Assembly: GCA_029717555.1 (NCBI GenBank)
Contig: JAMDHS010000101.1
Coordinates: 50,672 to 70,671, forward strand
Length of the DNA stretch: 20,000 nt
Direction: 5' to 3'
From: Peribolospora baueri
Lineage: Eukaryota
Shown: positions 1 through 12,000 of the stretch, piece after piece
Layout: each line of letters opens with the position of its first letter
How positions within the stretch are numbered: position 1 is the first letter of the stretch
Made by a program: the position numbers and the translations under genes
The notes under the pieces: generated by a model
The model's input: the letters and a program-made list of their open reading frames with translations, nothing else
Told to the model about the DNA's origin: nothing
Databases searched by the model: none

Positions 1-1788
1 TGAGGCTTCCGATGGCAAGCGCCTGCCTCCACTCCAACCCAGTGAGCCGAGCAGCGACGGATGTAGCAGTCATCTTGCTAATGAAGATAGCAACGACGAG
101 CAGGACGATGAGGCCCCACGTTTTTCCATCGTTGAGGAGGCGCATGTCGGTGGCGAGGCCGGAGACGACGAAATAGAGCGGCAGGAGCATACCCATCACC
201 AGTGACTCAATGCCTTCTGTAACTTTCACGGCGAAGACGCCGTGCGGACAGCAGATGCCGAAGGTGATGGCGCCGAGGATTGGGTGAACGCCGAGGGCAG
301 ACCTGGATGATGCGGTGGTGAAAATAAGAAAGGGTATGAGTCAAAGAGCCTTTTTTTGCAAAGGAGAACGTTCTTTCTTCTGCAGTCTTTTTTTTTCTCT
401 AGAGGAAAGGAAACGTGGAAACTTTGACTTACGTGAAGAAGGCGGAGATGAGGGCGCCTGCCAAGGTGAACGCCAAAACGCCTTCAGGGACCTTGCCACC
501 CTCCTCGGCCGTCTCCTCATAACCGCTCCTCTTCACCATCCAGCTCAAGATGGGCCGCACGGCTACCCATAGGAAGACGACAAAGCCGGCAAAGACGAGC
601 AGCTCGTACAATGCGTTAATGGGCGCCCCACCAGAACCAAGGGCGGAGCCGATGGCAAGGAGGATGTAGCCGAGCAGGTCGTTGAATACGCCAGACGCCA
701 TGGTCATGGCGCCGAGCTGGGTGGCCAGAATGCCCATCTCCGCCGCGACGCGGGAGAGCACGGAGAGGGAGGTAACAGCCATCACCGTGCCGACGAAGAC
801 AAAGAAGGTCTGAGGGCAGCGTCGGGAGAAGGAGAAAAGAAACACATAATGTCAGCGTCCTTGTTCTGACTCTGATTAGATTTGAAATTCGAACAAGGCA
901 TAGAGAGAAGTCTCACAGTAAACTTGATCGTCTGATCCGTCTCGGTCTTCCAGACAAGGTAGGACAATCCGGCGGAGATCGCAAAAGGGATGGCCATACC
1001 GGGCAGGACGATAGCAAGTACCTTCTTCAAGTACCGGGCCATGAGCGCGATGTCAGTCTCTAGGCTGTGGGAAAGGGGAGGGGAGCAGAGGGAAGGTTAG
1101 AAGAGGTGAGCGAGCGTCAAAGGGCAGAGGCTATGGGAACCTGGAGCGTGTGTAGCCTCCTCCCTCGCGAACCCGGCACGGCATCATGATGGACCGCAAC
1201 CCACCCAACCATAAACAAAAAGAAAATCAATCCGATGTTGGCCGTGACCGACAACAGCGGAATAGCATCGTGAGGAATGATGCTATTCGTAAAGCCGGGG
1301 ATATTACCAAAGGCCGTGGGCCCTAGAAGCACGCCAGCCAAGATCTCTGAAATTTTTGGCGCAAAAAGGAGAAGAGTCTGGGTTGAGAAATCCAGAGAAC
1401 AAGCTGAAGGACGTAATGCCAGCCCGAGCGGCGACGTACCTCCGACCACCTCGGGTTGGTTGATCGCTTTGAAAGCAGAGCCGAGCAGACGGCAGAGGAT
1501 GATGATGATACAGACCTGTGCCGATACAGAAGGGACGTAAGGGGAGGGAGAAGGAGGAAGGAGGTGGTTAGCCCGCCCAACCCCGCCCCCATTGTTGACC
1601 TCCTCTGCTCCCCCGCATAGAAAGGCGTTCGACGTCCCGACGGGACAGGCTCACGCCGCGAATCAGCTCACCTGAACGAGAAAGAGCGCAAAGCCATTAT
1701 TGGGGTCGGTGTAGCTGGTTGGGTCAAATAAGAGCGGATTGGCGTGGGAAAGGTAACCGACGTGCGAGTGGTTGGAGAAGGGGGACAT
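1..1788 (-). CDS. KHA1: KHA1-like K+(Na+)/H+ antiporter (Na_H_Exchanger family), 3' end beyond the left edge of the window
   Basis: Manual splicing, all introns GT..AG, frame continuous: exons 1788-1672, 1515-1440, 1346-1205, 1064-917, 809-433, 302-<1. Translation begins MSPFSNHSHVGYLSHANPLLFDPTSYTDPNNGFALFLVQ|VCIIIILCRLLG...QPEVVGEILAGVLLGPTAFG. It also contains GLIFFLFMVGLETD, MAVTSLSVLSRV, GVFNDLLGYILLA, GVHPILGAITFG and LLPLYFVVSGLATD, all motifs typical of fungal Kha1/plant CHX antiporters. Strict orthology to KHA1 is not established. Confidence 0.9.
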
Positions 1789-3025
1789 CGTGCGCCACGG
1801 GCAAATCGTTTGCTGGTGGCAGTCGCCGTCGTTGCCGTCGCCGTTCGCTCGTGGTAGCCGTTATCGTTGGAACGGCGCGAAGAAAGAGAGAGTAGGTCGC
1901 GGGGTAGGCGATCAGTCGCGCGACGCCATCGACGACGTGGAACAGGGTGCAAGCCGTGGAAGACGGGAGATGGAGAAGAGGAGAGAAGGGGGGCGGTGGC
2001 TCCTACTGTTACTGTACAGACGTTACTCTACAAACACCCCACCAAATCTCAGTCAGGTCCTCGTTGGTGGTCGGTCGTCGATCGTTGTTGGCCGTCGGCC
2101 GCCGGCCCCGGCCCTTCCTTTCCCACTCGACGCCCCTCTCGCGCATTGGCGGCGGGCGCCCGCAGGTGCGACGACCACGTGGACAGCCCGCATAGCCGCA
2201 GCAATGATGCAAGTGCAAATCGGGCACGTGATCTTCGCTGCGGCACGAAGCACAAAGGCTTTCTTCTTCTCCTTCTCCTTCGCTCCCTCCACCTCTTCTC
2301 TCCTTGCTCAGAACCACGACAGGAATCCTTTCTTTCGCCTTCCCTCGCTTCTCGCTCTGGTCGCAATGTCACAGCGCTTCTCCTTGAACGACGGCTCTCG
2401 CGCTCTCTGCCAAACGAGCAGACGCTTGCCTCGCACCGAACAGTGCCCATTCTTCCTCTCTTTTCCTCTATACCTCTCGTCCATTGCCGTCTCAATTCAC
2501 ATCGTACCTCCTACACCCCCACGAGGTCCAGGTGTTACTAAGGGCGGCGAGAGCGATTCTCTTGACCGGAGCGGTTGTACGCAACCGTTCCTTCTGGGCG
2601 TTTTTTCGGATGGCGGACGATTCTCCCGGGCCGTTTGTCCCTACGAGGCACCCAACATACCTTGTTCATTTCGCTCGTCTTTTCCGTTCCGATTTCATAG
2701 TCTCCTCTGTCTCACACGCTCATCTCAATGGAAAGACCGCTTGGATATACGAACGAACAACTTGGAATTGAACACCTTGGACTTGATGAGACAAGCTATG
2801 AACATGACGGATGAGGTGGATGGGACGGGTGCGGGGAATGGAACAAACACAAGTCGAGCACCGACGTGCACGGGGAAAACGAAAGATGCTATGAAAGACT
2901 TCGGACGGGGACAGCAGCGAAGACTGGGGATAGGGCATCAAGACCAGAATGAAGGGCTTTTCGGACCGACGGAGCGAAGCATTGAGATGAAACCGGAAAA
3001 AGGGAGGGTGGGTAGGTAGCGTCAA

Positions 3026-6000
3026 TCAAGGGTGCGGCTCGTACATATAGTCGAGCACCTTCAGGCAGCGCAGCATTCTGCTCTGCACCGCGTCTGCAGG
3101 CGAGAATCTCCCGAGCGCCAAACTCCTTGGCTCGGGCTGATGAGTCCTCTCGCTCTCCTCCAGACCCTTCACCAACGCGTCCAAGTCGCCCACCAGAGCC
3201 GTACCGAACTCTTCGATGCGCGTCCGGAGCTCGGTTGCGATGACCTCGCGCGAGTCGTGGACGTGCGACAGGTGCAAAATTAGCGCGAGTGTCTGCTGGA
3301 ATGTCTTGCTCGTACATTCACCCGCCGTCAGGATATTCACCACCAGCCGAAGCACGTGCGCGGGGATTTGTGGCGGCCGCGTCAGCTTCAGCTGGTTCGG
3401 GGCAGAAGCATCTGCGCCAGCAGTCAACGACGGACCGGCTTCTCCTTGTGCCGGCCTGCCGCTTCCCACCCCAGGTGACCCTTGTAGAGCCTCAGTCGCC
3501 TGCGCGGCAGAATCACCGGCCGTTGGCGGCTCAGTTGGCTGGCCGGGCCCGCTTTGTCCTTCTTGTTCGCTCGCCTCTTCCTTCTTGAGGGAAGTCAGCG
3601 GCCGGGTGATGGTGGACAGGAGGCTGGTAAATGATTCCATAAGAGCGGGCGTCTTGAGCAAGCTCGGGCGGTCGAGAAGACCGAGCAGAACCACGATCGG
3701 ATACTTTGTCGCTGGCGACGGCTTCTCCTTCTCCTTGCCTTTCCCCTTCTTCGTTTGCGACCGCTTGAGACCCACAGGCACGTCGCTCTCAGTGAGGAAG
3801 AGAAGAGGCACCTGAGGGTTGGCAGCGACGAGGTGCGCCAGAGCGTCGAAGGAGCGCTGCGCCAGCAAGTTCGGCACGTTCTCGCCAGGCATGTGAGCGA
3901 GAGGGCCTCCGGACCCAAAGAGGCCTGGCGTCGTCATCGCCGGCTCAGGGTTCGTCTTCTGTCGCTTCGGCGTCGGTCTCGGAATAATACCTTTGCCAGC
4001 GCGTAGGGGCGCTTGTGAGAAGCTCCTATCCATGGCCTGCGGATCGCTCGTGCCGTCTTGAAGAACAGTGAGAAGAAGGTTGAAAAGCTCGGTTCTCGTC
4101 TTGGAGTTCTCCGAGAGATTGGCTAGTACCTTGTGCAGCGCGCCCCTCTTGTTCATCTCCGGGAAGAACAGTAGTCGCACGAGCGTAGCCACGCCAGCCT
4201 TATCCAGGAGCTGAATAGCATCTCGCGACGGACTTGCCTTCTTAGACGACCCTGCCGCCGCTGCGCCTTGCTCGTCGCGTTGCCTGCCAGATTGGCCGAA
4301 CAGACGACGAGATTGCCTCGGTGGCCACCAATTTACTTCGGCAAGCATCGCCGGGGGCAAGGTCTGAAGGAAAGTCTCATCTTGATCCAGGAGAACGGTT
4401 TGGCGAAGGCTCGGGTCCAGGCCGGCGAGGAAACTGGCTGAGTCGATCTCCGCTGGCTGGCCCGCGGCCTCTTGACCACCCTCTCCGGCTACGCCTTCGC
4501 CGCGCTGTCGGCGCTGCTCCAATGACCGACGGCGAACTTGTTCCAGTGCCTCTTGCTGAAGGACTTCGGCCCGGATCTCAGGAGGGAGGGCTTCCAAAAA
4601 TTCGGGGCTGATATTGGTGTCCTGAGGCGCAGCCGCGGGCTCTGCTCTACGTTCGCGGAAGTGCTGGTTCAGCACCTCCTCCCGCATGTCGTCTGGGAGA
4701 GCCTCAAGGAAGCTCGGATCAATGCCCGTATCAGTAATGTCGATCGAGTTTCCGTGGACGGTGACAGTGACCCTCTCTGGCTGACCGGCCTGTTCGGATA
4801 CGCCTCCACCTTCTCCATTGCCGGAGGGACTCCTAGCGCCGGCGGTCGGAGTACCATGGGCGGCGGATACCGCGCCTGCCGGCGTGCCACCCGGCGTGAG
4901 GGCTTGCTGCAAGTCCCTCAGCTCCATCGCCTCTGCCGAAGACCCTGGAGCACTGTCGCTCACGTCTTCCATCTCTGCGTCGTCGTTGGAAGCGTGAGCG
5001 GCCGCTTCCGCTGCCTCTCTCGCCACGCGCTCCTCCTCTGCCCTTCTAGCCTCCTCCTCCGCCTTCCTTGCTTCTTCCTCCGCCTTTCTCGCCTCCTCTG
5101 CTTTGCGCTCCTCCTCTCGCTTGGCCTCTTCTTCCCTTTCCTTCTCTCGCCGCTGCTTTTCCTCCTCTTCCTTGCGCTTCTGTTCTTCCGCCTGGTGCAC
5201 CCAATAGGCCGGCAGAAGGGCGTTCAGAACGTGGTTGCGGAAAGACATCCACGACGACGAAGAAGGGTTGACGATGCGCGACTCTTCCTGCCAACGCTGC
5301 ACGGTCGTAATCGGGGTGAAAGATTGGACCTGCATGACGGGGTCGTAAGGCCTGGAGGCAGGCACGCCTTGTTGGCCGCCACGGGCTGTGATAACGGCAG
5401 TGGCTCGCGGACGCCGCTCAAGCCCTCGACCTCCTCCGAGCTCGCCGATCGTAGCCACAGCGGGCATCCGCATTGGCCCGTGTCCGTGCCCATGTCCATG
5501 CGGAAACTCGATGTGAATATCCGTTCCGTGCGCCGCACCGCCACGACTGAGAAGCGTTTCAAGGAAGTTGAGCACTTCTCCACCACCGCCGCCGATTAGA
5601 TCATTGATCGACTGCGCCCAATCGCTAAACGTCGCTTGACGACCGTCTCTGTGTGCGCGGCGAGCACCGTATGGAGCCGGAGGCGTAGCGCCCTCCGTGC
5701 GGTCGACTAGTAACGGGTGAGACGTCATATCGTCGTCCCCTCTTCGTCTGCCACCGGTCATAGTCATTTCCCCGTAGTCTGTCACGACGCAAAGGAAGTA
5801 GATGATGGATGTCAGAACCCAAAGCTCACATCATGGTAGATACCAGAGGCACTCACCCAGGAGGCGGTTTCGTCGACCACCACCAACCATGCTCATCATA
5901 TGCCCTGGCATGCCCGATGGGCGAGAACCGCGAGCACCTTCGGCGTCGCGAGCGAATGGCAGAGTAGTCCAGCCCCAGTTGGCGCCAAAGCGGTCATCAG

Positions 6001-9000
6001 AGAGCCCGGCTGGCGGCTCGCCCGAAAAGTCAACCTCCTCATTCTCGAAGAAGTCTTCCTCCTCGTCCATGATCGACTGCTCGCCGTCATCGTCTTCATC
6101 ACCATCGAATAAGGGTCCATCTAGAACAATTTGATCCTCGTCCACATCAACTTCTTCGACGATAGGACCGGCTTCGCCACCAAGATCGCCATCGGCCGCA
6201 CCGAGAACGTAATCGAGAGCTTCGCCATCCTCATCGTCTTCGTCATACCTAAGGGCAAGCATTTCTCATCGACAGTCAGCAACACTTCAACGTGATGAAA
6301 GAACTAAATGAGCACTCACTCTTCTTCTTCATCCTCGTCTCCACCTTCGTCTTCATCGTCTTCGTCCACCCATTCACCCCCACTTCCGCCTTCGTCGTTC
6401 TCGTCATCGTCGCTGTCTTCATTGTCGTCCTCGTCTGCATCCTCGTCATCGTCATCGATAACAACGTCCACATGCTCGTCAACATGGTGCATGTCGTCAA
6501 GATCGTCGTCCTCGTCACTGCGCGTCAAGAAGTTGGCAGAAGTCAGATCGGAATTCTTCGCGGCGGTCACAGCAGCAATGCTCACCTCGCATCGCTGTCC
6601 CCGAGGGTACCATCCTCCCCGTCGTACATTTCCTCATCGTCATCCTCCTCGTCCATGTCATCATATTCATCTGAAAGTGAGTCAGGCAAGACTGCATCAG
6701 CGCGCCTATCCACGTAAATAGTTCCAGCGGAAGGCCATTCTAGAGCTGACAACAACGGTGAAGTTGGGGAGATGGATACTCACCCTCGTAATCCATGCCT
6801 TCCATCTCCCCGGTGTGCATCCCGAGCGACGACGTGCGGTAGAAATCTGGAGTCTCCTCCCGGTCAGTATAATCGACCGACTCGTCCTCGCTCATCATAT
6901 CTTCGTCCGAGACCTCGGACTCTGAATGCTCCTCTCCTTTGTCTGCTCCATGGCCCTTCGAGGAGCGATCCGCCTTGCCCATCTTGATCGCGACTTTCGT
7001 GAGAAGCTCGAGGGGACGGAGGATCTCGTCCAAAAGCGCCTTCACGGACGGCAGGTTGAGATCGACATCGGCAAGCGCGTTGGTGAGGACCGTGACGTAG
7101 TTCTTCTCCAGCATCGTCTTAGCGATGTGCAGCGTTGAGTCTTCGCCATGCTTGGCTGAGCCGTTAGGTCGAGCCGTGAGGAGTCGGTGAGTGAGGTCAG
7201 CCAAAGCGTAGAGACGCCCATAACGGAGCTCGATGGGCTCGGCCGAGGCGGAAGCGTCTTTAATAGCCTTGGCAATACCATCGAGGACGAACTTGCGGAC
7301 AGAGACTAGCTCTGGAGAGACGTCCTTGACGTCCTGGTGAGTGGCTACGTCCGCGGTGAGTGCGACAAGAACGGACATGGCCCAGTTGGAGAGCGTCATT
7401 CGCTTGCGAAGTTCGTGAGAGAACTCAGTCTACGAAAAGGGAACCACCACTCATGTCAGTCTCGATATTTTACGGAACTCCTAGTCGATATAACGCCAGA
7501 CTCACATGAAGGAAGCCGAGCGGGACCAGTTCCGTGAGGAAGAACGAGAGAACGGCCGCCTTCGGCTTGATCGGCGTGGCAGGATCCCTGCTGCCCGAAC
7601 GCTTCTTGCTGAAGTTGATAAAGCTCAACTTGCTGGTCGTGTACGATGAGAGGAGCTCGGTGAGGCACTGCATGATGAAGCACGTGCAAAGGTATGGGGC
7701 GTCCTGCTCCTCCTGCGCGCCCTCGCCACTTTGTGGGCTGGTAGAAGCCGCGCCGCCGTTGACACTCTCAACCGGGGCAACATCTTGAGTGCCGCCAGCC
7801 TTGACGCCGGTAGAGTCTTTCTTGCTTGCAACTGAGCCAGTTCCAGTCGCAGCTGCCTTGGAGTGCTTCAAAAGCTCGGAGAGCAAGAAGTGTATGGCTG
7901 AGTCAAGCGCCTCGTTCGGCACCAGTGCAGGCGGGAGAAGGGCCACCTTCGACGGTTCGTCAACTTGCATATGCCCACCGGCCTTGGTGGGCGAAGCAGA
8001 ATGACCGCCACTCTCCTTGGTCGCTTCCGGAGACTTATCGCTCGGCTCCTCCTTGAGCTTGATGTAGCCCGATCCTTTTTCGGTGTTGAATTCGGCCAGC
8101 TCAACCGACGCCTTAGCCGCCTCGACGAAAACATCAGGGTCGCGATTGGCGGCCATGTTGTAAGAGCGGATAAAGTTGGACACATCGGTCAGCTTGTTGC
8201 GGCCAAGGGCGAAATAGGCCCGCATCTCGTTTTGCATGGCCGTCCTCAGTGTCGTCGTGTCCTCGGTGATGTGTCGGAGGATAGTTATGACCAACGGCTG
8301 ACAGCCTGCAACCTCTTTCGGCGAATTCAATAACGACTTGAAGATCAACTGCAACCCGTTCTGATTGACGAACTCGGCCGCCATGTCGTGTCGTCGGGTC
8401 AATAGAACAAGGGTACGCATAAGCGCCAGAAAGTCGCCCCTGAGCAATGTAGTCGATTCGACCCTGCGCAAAACGACCATGCATTGCTGGAAGATGAAAG
8501 AGCGAGCCTCTTGGAATAGCGGTGCCCTGCGCACACTGACATCAGACGGTATCTCGTCTTTGCCCAACAACTTGACATCCCGAGGTTCCTCGTCGATACC
8601 CAGAAGCGCGTCCGCGACGAGAAACTCAGAGGCGAGCCACCTGGGCAGAGGTGAGGACGATGGCTCGCGACGCATGAACTCCTTCGCGAGCGCGACAACA
8701 CAGTCCATCGCTCGACAGGCCTTTCTGTCGTCCATCTTCGGGCTGCTCAGCGACGTGTCATTGAGGATAAGGGCAAGCAAGCGGAACCGCACAGCGATGG
8801 TGGCCTCTTTCTCGTCGAATGCTGCTCCTTGGGCATCGTCGATGTCCTTCAGGAGAACGTCGAACGCGTTCTGGCCATCGCTCTTGATGGACGACGAGGT
8901 AAAGGCATCTTGCACGTCGAATACGAGTGGTTCGTGGTGATCGGCGAGCTCAAGCGCACGGCGAACGAAACCTTTTTCTAGGTCAAGCCGTACAGACTCA

Positions 9001-12000
9001 AGCTGCTCGCGAGGAGGTGGAGAGGGTTTCTCCGGTTCTTTGCCCTTGTCGCCCGGGTTGGCTTGCTCCTTCTCTCCCTCGTCGTTTGAGCGTTCGCAGT
9101 CATTGTCGTCCATCGCGACATCGTCTGCGTCTGCATCGTTTATAGACGTATCGCCCTCCGCCCTGGCGCCTGAAGTGTCAGCGGACGTCGACGTTTCGTC
9201 GCCTCCAGCGCGCTCGCCCTGGGACTGCCTCTCGTCAGCATTCTCTGGTGGCTGAGGCGTCGACGAGGAAGAAGTCCTATCCCGCGAAGCGCTTGCCGTG
9301 AGCTCCGGGTGCATGAGGAGGTATTCGGTGGCAGCGCTGAGGTTGTTGTGGCAGCGCACCAATGCGTTCTCTGCGGCCTCGCGAGAGAAGCCCATGTCCA
9401 TTAGCTGGCGAACCTTATTCTCGTCTGGCACCGTAAGTACCTGCATGCTCCGACGCATGGTCAATCCCGCAAGGCCACCTGCACTGAAAGGTGACGCGAC
9501 ACCGCTGCCCGTCCCGCTGCCAAGACCGCTGTCCGGCTTAGGGGGGGACTCTTCGCCCTCGCGCTTTAGGATGTTGAGAATGATTTGCACGACGGATCGA
9601 TTGATGCTGAGCGGCAAGGAGGCGAGCCAGGGCTTGTCCCATATCTCGCGAACGGCCGGAAGGATGGCGGCGCGAAGCTTGATAAGCAGCTCGTGGGGGT
9701 CAAAGTAATCTGGCGAGTCGCGGTTTCTGTCGCGGGAGGTCAGGACCGTAGTTTGAGCCGCTTCCAGCAATGGTTTGGCGGCAGAGAGCGACTGAAGGAG
9801 GTTGAGGACAACCTTGAGACCGCCACAGACGTGACCAAGTCGGATACCGGCATCCTGGTCCGGCTTCTGAACGGTGCCATCAAAGTTTGAGTCCACTTCG
9901 GCGATGTAGCGTCGGAGGATCTCGAAGAGCAACTCCGGGCCGCCAGCACGCTGGAAAGGGATTAGCAGGACAGTTTGAAGACCTTGGCCGGGGCCTTCGC
10001 CGAAGATCAATGTCGTCGTGTGCCCGACCATGACCGTCGCATACGCGAAATTGTTGGCTTCGTTGGACGAGCCTCGCCATCTCAAATGCTCAACCACGAC
10101 TCCAGCTACCACCTCTGCGATCCGCCGAGCTTGCACCACGTCAGGGTTACGGCGGTACAAAAGCATCTTGATGACGTCCTGGAAGAAGGACGAGAGTGAG
10201 ATGGGGATTTGCGCTGCTAGGTACCTAAGCGCCCTGCCGTTGTGCATGCGCCTCTCTTGCGGTGCGTTGGGCGCAGTCGGCGCCAACTTGATGTTGCTCT
10301 CCACGGAGCCAACTTGGACGTCGAAAAGCATGTCGTTGGGGAAGCCGGCAGCCGTTTGGTGGGGCTGCTCTACCTCTCGAGGGTGCGACGAATATTGCGC
10401 AGAATCGGTCTGAGAGTCGATGGCTGCCTCCGGAGAAGCGGGCTTCTCCTCCTCTTTCCCTGAAAGCGGCAACTGAGGGAGGACGGACTTGAGCAGGATG
10501 TTTTCCCACGTACACGTGCGCTGCAAAGCTCCAAGGCGAGCCAGCACCTGCTGCTCGTCGGTCCCATTAAGAACGCCAAGGAAAGCCGTGGCGACCTTGC
10601 CCGACGAATAGCCAAGCGTTTTGCACACATCACTGAGAAGATGTGTACGTGCGTTGAGGCTGACGAGAACCCGGAAGCTTTTGTTGGCCTCGGCAAGCTG
10701 CTCTCCAGCTGGCAAAACAGAAAAGGGCTAGATATGAGTGGGTGTGCAACCTTTGGCTAAGGGGTGGAAAGTACATCCGACTCATGAAGCTAGGCACTCA
10801 CGAGACACGTCCAACATTGGCAGCATCCTGCTCTCCGCAGAGGAACCCGCTCCCTCGGCTGCCCAAACCTGCCCGCTCTCCTCCAATGCAGTCTTGACGG
10901 CATTCACGAGCGCCTGCATTACCGTCTGTGGCTGTATCTCGCTCATGGAGCGTATCAGCGTAATCATCGAGTCGGCTGCCATGGACGATGCGAAGTCGTA
11001 TGGAAGGCAGGGAGACGCGTACAACCGCGACAGGCGCTCCATGCCGTCCGCCTTAAGAAAATCCTTGCAGTGCGAAACGGTCTGCATGAAGCTTTCAAGG
11101 AACTGGAGAAACGCAGAAAATGCCCGGTGGTAAGCACATCGAACGACAAGGGAGAGTCGCGCACGTTGGAAACCTCACCCTCGCAATCACGTCCATGTAC
11201 GCGACGACGCGGTTGTCCTTCTGACCGCCGTCCTTCCTAAAGATATCGCTCTCATCCATCACCACATCGGCCAGTGCTACAGAGCGGGGAGTGGGGCTGC
11301 TAGGCACAAGGCCACTTTGAGTAGCTGTCACCGTCGTAGAAGAGGCGGAGAGCCCTGCGCCCGTGTCTCCCATATCCACGTCCTCTGCTGTCGTCCCAAG
11401 CCTGCGATCCTGTTCGGACACAGCTTGGAGAGCATAGAACGATTGCTGACCCTCGTCGGGAACAAACTCTTGCCCCTCGCGCTCGATCGTCTCAAGCGTA
11501 TGGATGATGGAATCGAACACTCTCTGTTTTAGGCTGGGATGATGTCGAATAAGCTCATCAATGGCAGAGCCGAGCATGCTGGCGTTGTCCCTGTCCTGAA
11601 GAACTTTGGTGTGGCGCTGAGACGTGAAGATGCCGAAGAGCTTTGGGATGACCTCTTTGCTGTTGAATAGGTCCAGCCCTGCCTGGTTGAGGCAGAGCGC
11701 TCCAACAGCGTTAGGTATGGAGATGATAACGTCCCAGCTCGCCCCAATGTCTTGCTCGACGACGGCGTAAAACGCCTCAGGCAGCTTGGCCTCTTCCAGA
11801 ACGCCCAGGCTGGTTGGCTCGTTGTGGACAAAGGTGGCCATAATATTGATGGCCAGTGCCAGGATCTGTGGCCCGAAAACGGTGCGGTTCTCCATGATCA
11901 TGCGGATCGACTGCAGGAGGGTGCTGTCGATGAGGTTGCGAAGACCATCGGCGGTACCAGTCGAAGTCATCATGTGAGAGAGTGACTTCAGCATACTCCT

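Noticed and set aside
1668..1697. ATG at 1697 (MALRSFSFR) as the antiporter start
   Set aside because: Wrong frame for joining exon 2. The ATG at 1788 gives a phase-0 junction and the expected ...FALFLVQ first helix.
2720..3025. 101-aa minus-strand ORF immediately after the TOM1 stop, considered as a readthrough or HECT continuation
   Set aside because: The translation (TLPTHPPFFRFHLNASLRRSEKPF...) has no HECT or Tom1 motif, is far too short, and has 3' UTR-like pyrimidine-rich composition.
4538..5599. 353-aa plus-strand ORF and the many other ORFs overlapping TOM1, PCH2 and the membrane gene
   Set aside because: Antisense or off-frame shadows of GC-rich coding exons, with no independent motifs.
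6040..6920. GAC/GAT/GAA-rich low-complexity stretch as a separate repeat element
   Set aside because: It is the Asp/Glu-rich disordered region normal for Tom1/HUWE1, spread over short exons 7-10.
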